64,000 nt of DNA from Myxococcota bacterium (GTDB taxonomy: Bacteria > Myxococcota_A > UBA796 > UBA2385). Shown here piece after piece: positions 48,778 to 60,494 of this stretch. The stretch spans positions 160,001 through 224,000 of the forward strand of contig JBIJDH010000002.1 in assembly GCA_044344255.1 (NCBI GenBank). Direction: 5' to 3'. How positions within the stretch are numbered: position 1 is the first letter of the stretch; each line of letters begins with the position of its first letter. Under the pieces are notes generated by a model that made no database searches, had not been told where the DNA came from, and saw only the letters and a program-made list of their open reading frames with translations. A program made the translations under genes and the position numbers.

Positions 48778-48786
48778 TGCTACCTT
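48778..48786 (+). promoter_or_regulatory. Extended -10 element suggesting a leaderless transcript
   Basis: TG-C-TACCTT ending 6 nt before the A of ATG 48793; no SD sequence. Confidence 0.4.
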
Positions 48787-48792
48787 GTCCCG

Positions 48793-49152
48793 ATGCGCAC
48801 GATCGGATCGGTCCCCGCCGAGCTCCTCGCCTCCCTCGGCGGCGCGCGCCTGCCGACCCTCGAGAAGGTGGTGCGCTGGGTGGCCCCCCTCGGCGGTGAC
48901 ATCGTCGACATCGTCGTCCAGGACGAGTTCACGCACGACGTGGTCGTCGAGGTGGGCGGGGCCTTCCTGGTTTACGACACCACCTGACTGGGGGCGGTCA
49001 CCGCGGTCGCGGTGTGGGCGGAGCGGCCGAGCGCCGCGAGGATGCTCGCAGACCGGGTGGAGCGGGGCTGGTGGCCCAGAGAATCTCCCGTCGCGGTTGG
49101 GCCGAAGATCCTCGGCTTCGCGGCGTGCTTGGAGACGGGGGACTGTCCGTAG
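48793..49152 (+). CDS. Candidate selenoprotein, 119 aa, in-frame TGA (Sec) at codon 65
   Basis: Frame reads ...QDEFTHDVVVEVGGAFLVYDTT-TGA-LGAVTAVAVWAERPSAARMLADRVERGWWPRESPVAVGPKILGFAACLETGDCP-TAG; SECIS-like hairpin immediately 3' of the TGA. Confidence 0.65.
48999..49014 (+). promoter_or_regulatory. Bacterial SECIS-like hairpin
   Basis: CACCGC-GGTC-GCGGTG starting 11 nt after TGA 48985-48987. Confidence 0.6.
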
Positions 49153-49222
49153 GTCGGCGCGGTCCGCCGACCCCCCACTCCACCAGGAATCGGTCTCAAC
49201 CAGAAGTCGGTGCCATTTGGGC

Positions 49223-50926
49223 TCAGTAGTAGGTGACCGTTCCCCCGATGTTCTCAACGCCAACCTCGGCCAACCACCGCTCCACCTCGGCGTCTTCGAG
49301 GGCCCAGTTGCTCGTGATCTGCACGTCGCTGCCGATCGACTGAATGCCGTCGATTGCCGACAGATCGGTGAGAACATCGTTCCCATGAAGCACCAGGTGG
49401 GCGTCGAGGCTGGTCAGGCTCTCCAGGCCGGCGAGCGTCTCGATTTTGCTGCAGTTGTCTACTTGGACGGAGATCGTATGGGTGATCGGGCCCATTCCGA
49501 CCAGATTGACGAGCTTCGAGTCCCTGTAGAGGCTGAGGACGCCGACCTCGGTGAGGGATCCGAGCCCCTCCAAGGAGCGGATGCCCCTCATGTCCCAGAT
49601 GTCGAGCGAGCCCCCTACCCGTTGGAGACCGCTCAGGCCCGACAGGTCGGTGACCCGGTTCATGCCCGAGAGGTAGAGGTCGCCGGTGACCTCGCTCAAT
49701 TGTTCAAAGCCGGAGAGGGTGGTCGGGCTCGTGGAGTTGACGATGCTGATAGAGCCCGCGCTCCGGAGTGAGCTCAGTCCGGAGAAGTCGGTGATCTCGT
49801 GGTTGAGGTCATCCAGCCAGAGCAGGCCGCCCACCGACTCGAGCTGGGAGAGGGGGGAGAGATCGGTGACCGCGGGCAGCATGAAGTAGAGGTCTCCACC
49901 GAGAGAGACGAGGCCGGACAGGAAGTCAACATTGTCGAGGCCGGGGAGGTCCAGCTTGAGTCCTCCAGAAGGGGCGGTCAGGCTGGAGAGGTCGATGGAG
50001 AGGGCCTCCAACCTGTCGGTGGGCCAGGTGTCGAGGTGCAGGGTGCCGCCCACCTCCTCCAGGCTCCGGAGATCGAGCGTCGAGGTCCCATCGTAGAGGG
50101 TGAGCCAGAGGTCACCCCCGATGGACTCGAGGGAGTGCAGATCGACGAGCTCTGCGCCCGAGGTGCTCAGCCACATGTCGGTCCCGACCGTCCGAAGCGA
50201 GCCGAAGTCCATCAAGCTCCCGTTGCTGGGACAGTCCTGAGCGTAGAGGTAGCCCCCGAGCTCCTCCAGGGCGGGGAATCCTTGTAAGGTGGGCCACCCA
50301 TTTTCATAGATGGAGATGGCCCAGCTGACCCGTCGTAGGTTGGCGAGCCCGTCCAGATTGTCGAGGCCGCTGTTGTTGTTCACGAATACGGATCCGCTTA
50401 CTTCGACCAGGCAGGCGAGCTCATCAAGGTCCCCCAGCGAAGTGTCCTGGATCATCAGGTCTCCATGGATACGATCATAGGTGGAGCAGAGCTCCTCCAT
50501 GCCGTCCACCGTCCTGATCGAGACATCCCCATCGAAGGTCCCTCCTGTGCAGACCGGGTCCACATCGTCGCAGTCCTGCGCGATGCCATCCCCGCAGGGG
50601 TCGAAGGCCTCCGGGTGGGTGGAGGGTTCTGTGTCATCACAGTCGGTCGCGTCGGCTACGGTGTAGTGCGGCTGCACGCAAGACGTGGTGGAGACATTGA
50701 CGTCACCGTATCCATCGTCATCGGCGTCCGCGTACCAGATGGACGGGTCGATACAGTCACCTGTATCATCGGCGTCGCCGGTTCCCGAGTCAGCCCCGCT
50801 GTCTTCACTCCCTCCCTCGGTGTCCCCGGCGGTGTCGTCTGAGGAGGTGGTGGGAGGCCTGCCTTCCTCTTTGTCTCCACAGGCGATGAGCAAGAGGAGG
50901 GAGAGGGTGGCGGATGTCCGCGACAT
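49223..50926 (-). CDS. Lipoprotein with a Cys/Asp metal-binding repeat and receptor-L-domain / LRR-like repeats
   Basis: LLIAC lipobox; WYADADDDGYGD...DCDD...DCDD motif; many L.GL..L..VGG.L.I repeats; visibly lower GC3 than its neighbours. Confidence 0.85.
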   Translation of the reverse strand: MSRTSATLSLLLLIACGDKEEGRPPTTSSDDTAGDTEGGSEDSGADSGTGDADDTGDCIDPSIWYADADDDGYGDVNVSTTSCVQPHYTVADATDCDDTEPSTHPEAFDPCGDGIAQDCDDVDPVCTGGTFDGDVSIRTVDGMEELCSTYDRIHGDLMIQDTSLGDLDELACLVEVSGSVFVNNNSGLDNLDGLANLRRVSWAISIYENGWPTLQGFPALEELGGYLYAQDCPSNGSLMDFGSLRTVGTDMWLSTSGAELVDLHSLESIGGDLWLTLYDGTSTLDLRSLEEVGGTLHLDTWPTDRLEALSIDLSSLTAPSGGLKLDLPGLDNVDFLSGLVSLGGDLYFMLPAVTDLSPLSQLESVGGLLWLDDLNHEITDFSGLSSLRSAGSISIVNSTSPTTLSGFEQLSEVTGDLYLSGMNRVTDLSGLSGLQRVGGSLDIWDMRGIRSLEGLGSLTEVGVLSLYRDSKLVNLVGMGPITHTISVQVDNCSKIETLAGLESLTSLDAHLVLHGNDVLTDLSAIDGIQSIGSDVQITSNWALEDAEVERWLAEVGVENIGGTVTYY

Positions 50927-51073
50927 GCAGCGCTCCAGGGCTCCCCTTCGAAGTAACTCAGGTTGTCTCGGCCTCGAGCAAAATCCTATCGCGGTGGTAG
51001 GGCATACGCGATCTCAGGCACCCCGTGGATGGGGAGCCGACCACGGCATCCGGGTCCCCCGTCATCGGGGTCA

Positions 51074-51388
51074 TCATCGCTCGAGATGGTCGCCCTCGAC
51101 CAGCCAGCGCCGCTCGGCCCAGAAGGTCCCGCCCGGCACGAGGGAGGCGACGAGCCAGCCCGCGCTGCGCTGCAGCCCCCAGCCGGCCTCGAAGTGGACA
51201 CGGGCGAGGCCCAGCACAAAGGCCATGAAGAAGATCCCGTGCAGCCAGCCGGCCAGGGGGATGAAGCGCGGATCGTGGAAGAGGTACTTGAGCGGCATCG
51301 CGACGCCGAAGAGGATCAGCGTCGTGACCCCCTCCGCGCGGGCGAGCCAGCGAAACCAGCGGGCGGTGAAGGGTCCAAGCGCGGTCAT
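51074..51388 (-). CDS. DUF3817-family membrane protein
   Basis: FRWLARAEG.T..ILFGVAMPLKY, G.LHG, ASLVP.GTF..ER. Confidence 0.8.
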   Translation of the reverse strand: MTALGPFTARWFRWLARAEGVTTLILFGVAMPLKYLFHDPRFIPLAGWLHGIFFMAFVLGLARVHFEAGWGLQRSAGWLVASLVPGGTFWAERRWLVEGDHLER

Positions 51389-51476
51389 GGGAGCGGCTAA
51401 CCGGGGAGGGCGGCGCTCGCCCCGCGCGTTCGCGCTGGACCCGCCGGAGCGCGCCTCTCGCCGCCCTCAACCCCGG

Positions 51477-53873
<2,397 letters not shown>

Positions 53874-54013
53874 GACCCGCCTCGTAGCGCGATGGGGCCC
53901 GGGCGGGTAGGGCGGTCCTGTCGGCAGGCCCTCCACGGGCTGCGGACCCTCCCGGGAAGGCTCGGCGATGACGCAGGAGACGGGGGAGCCCGGCACCCCC
54001 GAGGACGGTGGCC

Positions 54014-57000
54014 ATGGAACTGCCCGCTCGCTTCGGGAAGTACGAGCTCATCGAGCACCTGGCGACCGGCGGAATGGCGGAGGTCTTCCTCGCGCGGAGC
54101 TTCGGGGTCGAGGGCTTCGAGAAGCGCCTCGTCATCAAGCGCATCCTCCCGGCGCTGTCGCGGGCGCGTCACTTCATCTCGCTGTTCATCCAGGAGGCGA
54201 GGGTCACGGCGGGGCTGTCGCACCCGAACATCGTGCAGTTCTACGAGCTCGGCAAGGTGGGCGACGAGCACTACATCGCGATGGAGCACATCCACGGCCG
54301 TGACCTCACGCAGACCAACCGGGCCCTGCGGCGAGAGGGGCGGCGGATGCCCGTGGCGCTCGCCGTCTATGTCGTGGCCAAGCTGCTGCGCGGCCTCGGC
54401 TACGCGCACTCTCACACCGACGCCCGCGGGCGCCCGCTGCGGCTCGTCCACCGCGACGTGAGCCCCCACAACGTCCTCCTCAGCTTTCAGGGCGAGGTCA
54501 AGCTCTTTGACTTCGGCATCGCGCGCCTCTTCTCGGACGGGGCCGACCCTGACCTCGCCCCCGCGCCCGGGCGGGCGGGCGGCAAGTTCGCCTACATGTC
54601 GCCCGAGCAGGCCGCCGGGCGGCCGATCGACCGCCGGAGCGACATCTACGCCGCGGGCATCGTCCTCTACGAGCTGCTCGTCGGTCACCGGCTCTTCCAG
54701 GACCCCGATCCCGAGGAGAAGCTGCGCCGGGTGCTGGCCGCCGACGTGACCGATCCGCGGGTCGAGGTGCCCGAGATCCCGGACGGTCTCTGGGCGATCC
54801 TCAAGCGCCTGCTGGCCCGCGATCCCGACGACCGGCCGGCCCGGGCCGAGCTCGCCGAAGAGGAGCTCCTGGGCTTCCTCTACTCGGAGGGCATGCGGGC
54901 CGACGCCGCCGGGATGGTGGCGCTGCTCGGGGAGCTGTTCCCCGAGGCCTCGGCCGACCGCCGCAGCAGCCTCGACCTCGAGGGGCTCGCCGCCGACCTC
55001 GGCCGCCTGCGGGTGCGCCCGGAGGAGCCCACCGAGCCCACCGGCTCCGACGAGAGCGCCGCCCCGCGCCCGGCGGGCATGCAGGCCCTCTCCCTCGGCG
55101 GCACAGCCGGAGAACGAAAGCCCATCTTCGCGCTCGTGGCCGAGGTCCTGGGCTTCACCGACCTCCCCGGGGGCGGCGAGCCCGAGCAGATCGTCCGCCG
55201 GCACCTCCGCTTCCTCCGGCGCATCCGATCCACCGTCGAGCGCTTCGGCGGGCGGGTGGAGCACTTCCAGGACGACACCCTGATCATCTTCTTCGGCGTG
55301 CCGCGGGCCACGGAGAATGACCTCGAGCGCTCGCTCGCCGCCGCCACCGCCCTGCACCGGGCCACGCGCCGGATGACCCGCGAGGGCCTGCCGGTGAGCC
55401 TCGGCATCGGGATCCATCGGGGCGAGGTGACGGTGGCCGGCGGCCCCCACAAGGCGCACCACCGCTACCTCGCGCAGGGCGACACGATGAAGCTCGCCCG
55501 TCGCCTCTGCTTCGAGGCCGAGGCGGGGCAGACCCTCGTGAGCGACCGGGTGGCCGCGCTCGCCGGCGACCGCTTCCGCTTCGGCGTCGGCCCCGACCTG
55601 CGTCTCAAGGGGCACCCGGGTCAGCGGCGCTCCTTTCTCCTGCTGGGCCCGCGTCACCGCGAGCTGCCGACGGGCGGCGCCTGGCTCCCGCGCAGCGCCG
55701 AGCTCGACGTGCTGCGCGAGGCCCTCGAGTGCCTCGCCCGGGAGCGCGGCGGCGTCGTCCTGGTGAGCGGCCCCACCGGCAGCGGGAAGTCGCGGCTGGT
55801 GCGCGAGCTCATGGGCCTCGCCCGCCTCCGCAGCGTGCCCCTCTACGCCGGCCGGGCCCTCCCCTACGAGGGCGATCGCCCGCTCGCCCCCTTCCGCGAG
55901 CTGGTGGGCAGCGTGCTCGGCGTCGAGTCGGGGGACGCGCCGGCCACCTTACGCGAGCGGCTCCTTCGCCTCGGTCAGCTCCACCTCTCGGAGTCCGAGC
56001 GCGGCACCATCGCCGCCCTCTTCGCCGTGGATCTGCAAGGGAGGCCCCCGGAGACCAGCGAGGACGCCGTCTTCCGGGCCGCCGCCGCCCTCGTGCTGGG
56101 CCTCGCCGAGGAGGGCCCCGTCCTGCTGGTGATGGAGGACGTGCACAACCTCGATCCCCTCGAGCAGCGCCTCCTCGGTCATGTGGTGCGCGTGTCCGCG
56201 GCCCGCCCCGTGCTCTTCCTCTTCACCGCCCGAGACGCCACGGCGCCCACCGGGGTGCGAGCCGACTGGGAGATCGCGCTCGGGCGGCTCGATCGGGCGG
56301 CGTTGGCCGAGCTCGTCCGGGAGCGGGTGGGCGCGGAGCAGGTGGGCGCCCCCCTCCTCGCCCTGGTGGACCGCACCGCCGAGGGCAACCCCCTCTACGT
56401 CGAGGCCGTGCTCGGCGCCCTCACCCAGGCGGGGCGCATCCACGTCGAGGGCGGGGTGGCCGAGCTCGTAGACCCCTCCCGGGATCCGCAGCTCCCGCCG
56501 GACATCGAGGGCCTGATCTCGGCCCGCATCGACGCCCTCGATCCCGTGGCGAAGGGCACCCTGCAGCTCTCCGCCACCCTCGGCATGAGCTTCCCGCCGG
56601 ATCTGCTGGCCGCTTGTCTCGGGCAGCTCGAGATCGAGGCCACCCTGCGGCCGCTCGAGCAGGCCGGGCTCATCAACCGCGACGAGTCGGGCAGCGAGGA
56701 GCGCTGCACCTTCAGCAGCTCGCTGGTCTGGGAGGTGGTGCGGCGCTCCATCCTCGGCATGCGGCGCCGCGACCTCCACCGGGTGGTGGCCGACGGCATC
56801 GAGCGCCTCTACGCCGATCGCCTCGACCTCCACCGCCAGGTGCTGGCCCGCCACTGCGCCGCCGGGGGGCGTTACCTCGACGCCGCCCGGCACGCCGAGC
56901 AGGCGGGGATCCACCTCCACAGCCAGCAGCTCGTCGAGCAGGCGGCCACCTGCTGGGACAAGGGCATCTCCTGGGTGGAGGACGCCCGGGCGAGCGGGGA

Positions 57001-58081
57001 GCGAGAGGGGGCCACCACCGAGCTCGAGATCAACCTCCGCCTCCGCGCCGGCGCGGCCTGGGCCCTCGTGGGCGCCTCGCGGCCGGCCGAGATGCACCTG
57101 CAGGTCGCCCTCGACCTCGCCGCTGAGGTGGGGGACACCGAGGTGGAGGCCCGCGCCGAGCTCGAGCTCGGCCGGCTCTACCGCAACCAGGGTCAGCTCG
57201 TGCCCGCGGGCGCGCACCTCGACAGCGCGCACGCGCTGGCGATCTGCGCCATCGAGGAGGGCACCGGCGCCCAGGTCTGGGCTCGAACCGTCGCCGTGGA
57301 GGCCTTGGAGTCCCTCGGGCGGCTCTGCCACGAGCTCGGCGAGCACGCCAAGGCCGCCGCTCACTTCGAGGAGGCGCGGGCGCGGGCCGGCGACGATGAC
57401 CGACTCGCCACCCGCGCGCTGCTCGGCCTCGCCGCCTGGCCGATCCGCCGGGAGGACGAAGCCGCCGCGCTCGCCCTGCTCGAGGAGGCCCTGCGCCGCT
57501 CCCGCCGCTCGCGGGACCGCATCCTCATCGGTCGGGTCATCAACAACATTGGGATCGTGCACCACGGGGCGGGCCGCTACGACGCGGCGCTCGACTGCTT
57601 CCGCGAGGCGCTGGAGCTGCGGCAGGGCCTCGGCTACCGGCAGGGCATGGTGGTCAACCTGCACAACATCGGCGACACCCACACCCGCCGCGGCGAGCCC
57701 GGGCGGGCCTGGGCGGCCTTCACCCAGAGCCGCGATCTCGCGCAGCAGATGGGCTGGGAGCCGGGCGTCCTGATGAGCGCCGCGTGGCTGTCCTTCCTCG
57801 AGGCCGAGCGGATGCGCGAAGACGCGGGGGAGGGTGTGGTCTCGATGGGGGGGAGCCTCCAGGCCGGCCGGATCCGCGAGGCCGCGGCGCGCGCCGAGGC
57901 CCTGGGCGATCCAGAGACGGGGCTCACCGCCCGCTGGCTGCTCGGTCGCCTGCTCATCGCCGAGGGGCGGCGTGGGGAGGCCCGGACGGCGCTGTTAGAC
58001 GCCCGGGCGCGCGCCCTCCGCCTCGAGGCCCGCGGCCTCCTCCGGGACGTCGAGGACGCCCTCTCCCGCCTGGACACCTGA
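54014..58081 (+). CDS. Ser/Thr kinase - class III cyclase-like - STAND/AAA ATPase - TPR multidomain protein
   Basis: GGMAEVF, HRDVSPHN, DFG, YMSPEQ; EVLGFT...IGIHRGEV...GDT; Walker A GPTGSGKS, Walker B VMEDVH, EGNPLY; TPRs (NNIGIVH, HNIGD). Confidence 0.92.
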   Translation: MELPARFGKYELIEHLATGGMAEVFLARSFGVEGFEKRLVIKRILPALSRARHFISLFIQEARVTAGLSHPNIVQFYELGKVGDEHYIAMEHIHGRDLTQTNRALRREGRRMPVALAVYVVAKLLRGLGYAHSHTDARGRPLRLVHRDVSPHNVLLSFQGEVKLFDFGIARLFSDGADPDLAPAPGRAGGKFAYMSPEQAAGRPIDRRSDIYAAGIVLYELLVGHRLFQDPDPEEKLRRVLAADVTDPRVEVPEIPDGLWAILKRLLARDPDDRPARAELAEEELLGFLYSEGMRADAAGMVALLGELFPEASADRRSSLDLEGLAADLGRLRVRPEEPTEPTGSDESAAPRPAGMQALSLGGTAGERKPIFALVAEVLGFTDLPGGGEPEQIVRRHLRFLRRIRSTVERFGGRVEHFQDDTLIIFFGVPRATENDLERSLAAATALHRATRRMTREGLPVSLGIGIHRGEVTVAGGPHKAHHRYLAQGDTMKLARRLCFEAEAGQTLVSDRVAALAGDRFRFGVGPDLRLKGHPGQRRSFLLLGPRHRELPTGGAWLPRSAELDVLREALECLARERGGVVLVSGPTGSGKSRLVRELMGLARLRSVPLYAGRALPYEGDRPLAPFRELVGSVLGVESGDAPATLRERLLRLGQLHLSESERGTIAALFAVDLQGRPPETSEDAVFRAAAALVLGLAEEGPVLLVMEDVHNLDPLEQRLLGHVVRVSAARPVLFLFTARDATAPTGVRADWEIALGRLDRAALAELVRERVGAEQVGAPLLALVDRTAEGNPLYVEAVLGALTQAGRIHVEGGVAELVDPSRDPQLPPDIEGLISARIDALDPVAKGTLQLSATLGMSFPPDLLAACLGQLEIEATLRPLEQAGLINRDESGSEERCTFSSSLVWEVVRRSILGMRRRDLHRVVADGIERLYADRLDLHRQVLARHCAAGGRYLDAARHAEQAGIHLHSQQLVEQAATCWDKGISWVEDARASGEREGATTELEINLRLRAGAAWALVGASRPAEMHLQVALDLAAEVGDTEVEARAELELGRLYRNQGQLVPAGAHLDSAHALAICAIEEGTGAQVWARTVAVEALESLGRLCHELGEHAKAAAHFEEARARAGDDDRLATRALLGLAAWPIRREDEAAALALLEEALRRSRRSRDRILIGRVINNIGIVHHGAGRYDAALDCFREALELRQGLGYRQGMVVNLHNIGDTHTRRGEPGRAWAAFTQSRDLAQQMGWEPGVLMSAAWLSFLEAERMREDAGEGVVSMGGSLQAGRIREAAARAEALGDPETGLTARWLLGRLLIAEGRRGEARTALLDARARALRLEARGLLRDVEDALSRLDT

Positions 58082-58106
58082 ACCCTCGCCCGCCTGAGGT
58101 GCCCCC

Positions 58107-58958
58107 GTGCTCGCCGCGACAGTCTGGTCTCTCTGGGCGCTCTCCGGCTGTGGGGGCCCCGCTCCGGCACCCTCCGTGGACGCGGTGGCGCTCGGGCCGC
58201 CGCCGGAGCACCGCGTGTTCCCGAGCGCCGCGGCGGCGGTCTCGGCGCTGCTCCAAGAGAAGCCGCGGGTCATCGGGGTGGGTGAGCTGCACAGCCTGAA
58301 CGAGGGCCCGGCCATCCGGAGCACCCTCGTGCGCTTTCGGGAGGAGCTCCTCCCCGTGCTGGCGCCGGTGACCACTGATCTGGTCATCGAGACCTGGCGG
58401 GTGACCGGCCGCTGCGGGGCAGAAGAGGCGGTGGTGGCCGCGCAGGTGCAGGTCGAGACGAAGCGGCCCGAGGTGGTCAAGAGCGAGGTGCTGCTGCTCG
58501 CCGAGGCCGCGCTGGCCTTGGGGGTGCAGCCCCACGACATCACCTTCACCTGCGAAGAGCACGCCGCCTTCCTCGACGCCGCCGGGCAGCTCCAGATGGA
58601 GCCGCTCTTGTTGCAGGTCACGCGAAAGCTCGGGGAGTACGAGCAGAAGGCCCTCGACACCCCCACCGCCTCGCTGGTCATCTACGGGGGGGCGCTGCAC
58701 AACAACCTCATCCCGATGGAGGGCTTCGAGGCCTACAGCTACGCACTGCCGCTCCGTGAGGCGGCCGGCACCGCCTACATCGAGCTCGACCTGTACGCGC
58801 CCGAGCAGCTCCGCGCCAAGGACACGATGGTCGAGCCCGCCTGGGCGCCCCTCATCGACCTCGCCGGCCCCGGCCGCGCCGTGCTCGTGACCCGCGGCCC
58901 CGGCAGCTACGTGCTGCTGCTCGACAGCCCGCCCGTCGCGCCCGCCGCCTCCCCCTGA
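58107..58958 (+). CDS. Hypothetical lipoprotein
   Basis: LSGC lipobox; conserved-looking GELH and YGGALHN motifs. Confidence 0.72.
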   Translation: MLAATVWSLWALSGCGGPAPAPSVDAVALGPPPEHRVFPSAAAAVSALLQEKPRVIGVGELHSLNEGPAIRSTLVRFREELLPVLAPVTTDLVIETWRVTGRCGAEEAVVAAQVQVETKRPEVVKSEVLLLAEAALALGVQPHDITFTCEEHAAFLDAAGQLQMEPLLLQVTRKLGEYEQKALDTPTASLVIYGGALHNNLIPMEGFEAYSYALPLREAAGTAYIELDLYAPEQLRAKDTMVEPAWAPLIDLAGPGRAVLVTRGPGSYVLLLDSPPVAPAASP

Positions 58959-58970
58959 CCGCCGGGGGCC

Positions 58971-59684
58971 TCAGTGGCCGCCCAGGTACGCCTTGCGCAC
59001 CTCGTCGCTGGCGGCGAGCGTGTGGGCCTCGCCGGAGAGCGCGACACGGCCGACGTCGAGCACGTAGCCGTAGCGGGCCGCCTTGAGCGCCATCCGCGCG
59101 TTCTGCTCGACGAGCAGGATGGTGGTGCCGGCCTCGTTGATCTCCCGGATGACCTTGAAGATCACCTGCACGATCTGGGGCGCGAGGCCGAGCGAGGGCT
59201 CGTCGAGGAGCAGGAGGCGGGGCCGCGCGAGGTAGGCGCGGGCGATGGCCAGCATCTGCTGCTCGCCGCCGGAGAGGGTGCCGGCGTTCTGCTGGAGGCG
59301 CTCGCGGAGGCGGGGGAAGAGCTGGAGGGCCCGCTCGCGGTCGAGCGCGATGCCCTGCTTGTCTCGGCGGGCGAAGGCGCCGATGTCCATGTTCTCGCTG
59401 ACGCTGAGGTTGGCGAAGATGCCGCGGCCCTCCGGCGCGTGGGCGATGCCGAGCGCGACCACGTCATGCGGCGCCCGGCCGCCGATCGAGGCGCCGTCGA
59501 AGCGGATGCTCCCGCCTGACGGTTTGACGAGGCCCGAGATGGCCCGGAGCGTCGTGCTCTTGCCGGCCCCGTTGCCCCCGATGAGGGTGACGATGGTGCC
59601 GGCCTCGACGTCGAGTGAGACGCCGTGCAGGGCCTGGATGGCCCCATAGTGGACGGTGAGGTCGCGGATCTCCAAGAGCGCCAT
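58971..59684 (-). CDS. livF: Branched-chain amino acid ABC ATPase
   Basis: GGNGAGKST, PEGRGIF, LSGGEQQMLA, LDEPSLGLAP, VEQNA. Confidence 0.95.
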   Translation of the reverse strand: MALLEIRDLTVHYGAIQALHGVSLDVEAGTIVTLIGGNGAGKSTTLRAISGLVKPSGGSIRFDGASIGGRAPHDVVALGIAHAPEGRGIFANLSVSENMDIGAFARRDKQGIALDRERALQLFPRLRERLQQNAGTLSGGEQQMLAIARAYLARPRLLLLDEPSLGLAPQIVQVIFKVIREINEAGTTILLVEQNARMALKAARYGYVLDVGRVALSGEAHTLAASDEVRKAYLGGH

Positions 59685-60494
59685 TCAGCCCCCCTCGCCG
59701 TCGTCAGTGCCGAGGTAGGCCTCGATGACCGCAGGGTCCTGCTGGACCGCGGTGGGATCCCCCGCGGCGATGACCTCGCCGTGGTCGAGGACCGTGATGT
59801 GCTCGCAGATGCTCATCACGAGCCCCATGTCGTGCTCGATCAGCAAGATGGTGAGGCCAAAGCGGTCTCGGATCGAGCGGATCAGGCCGGACAGCTCCAC
59901 CTTCTCGCCGCTGTTCATGCCGGCGGCGGGCTCGTCGAGGAGCAGCACCTTCGGGCGGGTGGCCAGCGCACGGGCGATCTCGAGGCGGCGCTGGTCGCCG
60001 TAGGGGAGGTTTCGGGCCTGCTCGTCTGCGCGGTCCGAGAGGCCGAAGATCTCGAGCAGGGCGTGGGCCTCCTCGGTGATCGCCCGCTCTTCGCCGAACC
60101 AGCCGGCCGTGCGCAGCAGGGCGGAGAGCGTGGAGCTCTTCGTGCGGTGGTGCGCGGCGATGCGCACGTTGTCGAGGACGGAGAGCTCGCCGAAGAGGCG
60201 GATGTTCTGGAAGGTGCGCGCGAGGCCAGCGGCGGCGATGCGGTTCGGGCGGAGGCCGTTCAAGCGCCGCCCGTCGAGGGAGATGTCGCCGCTGTCCGCC
60301 TGGTACACCCCGGTGATGAGGTTGAAGACCGTCGTCTTCCCGGCCCCGTTCGGGCCGATGAGCCCGTGCAGCCCGCCCTTCGGCAGGGCGAGGCGGAAGT
60401 CGGAGACGGCCTTGAGCCCCCCGAAGGAGATGCTCACGCCCGAGACGTCGAGCAGGGGCTGGGGCTGGGGCTGCTGAGGCGCGGCGTCGCTCAT
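59685..60494 (-). CDS. livG: Branched-chain amino acid ABC ATPase
   Basis: FGGLKAV, GPNGAGKTT, RTFQNIRLF, LPYGDQRRLEIARAL, DEPAAG, EHDM. Confidence 0.95.
   Translation of the reverse strand: MSDAAPQQPQPQPLLDVSGVSISFGGLKAVSDFRLALPKGGLHGLIGPNGAGKTTVFNLITGVYQADSGDISLDGRRLNGLRPNRIAAAGLARTFQNIRLFGELSVLDNVRIAAHHRTKSSTLSALLRTAGWFGEERAITEEAHALLEIFGLSDRADEQARNLPYGDQRRLEIARALATRPKVLLLDEPAAGMNSGEKVELSGLIRSIRDRFGLTILLIEHDMGLVMSICEHITVLDHGEVIAAGDPTAVQQDPAVIEAYLGTDDGEGG

Noticed and set aside
49012..49152. Independent 46-aa gene starting at GTG 49012
   Set aside because: No SD, the start is buried in the hairpin, and the codons between the TGA and this GTG are also coding-like; read-through is more parsimonious, though not proven.
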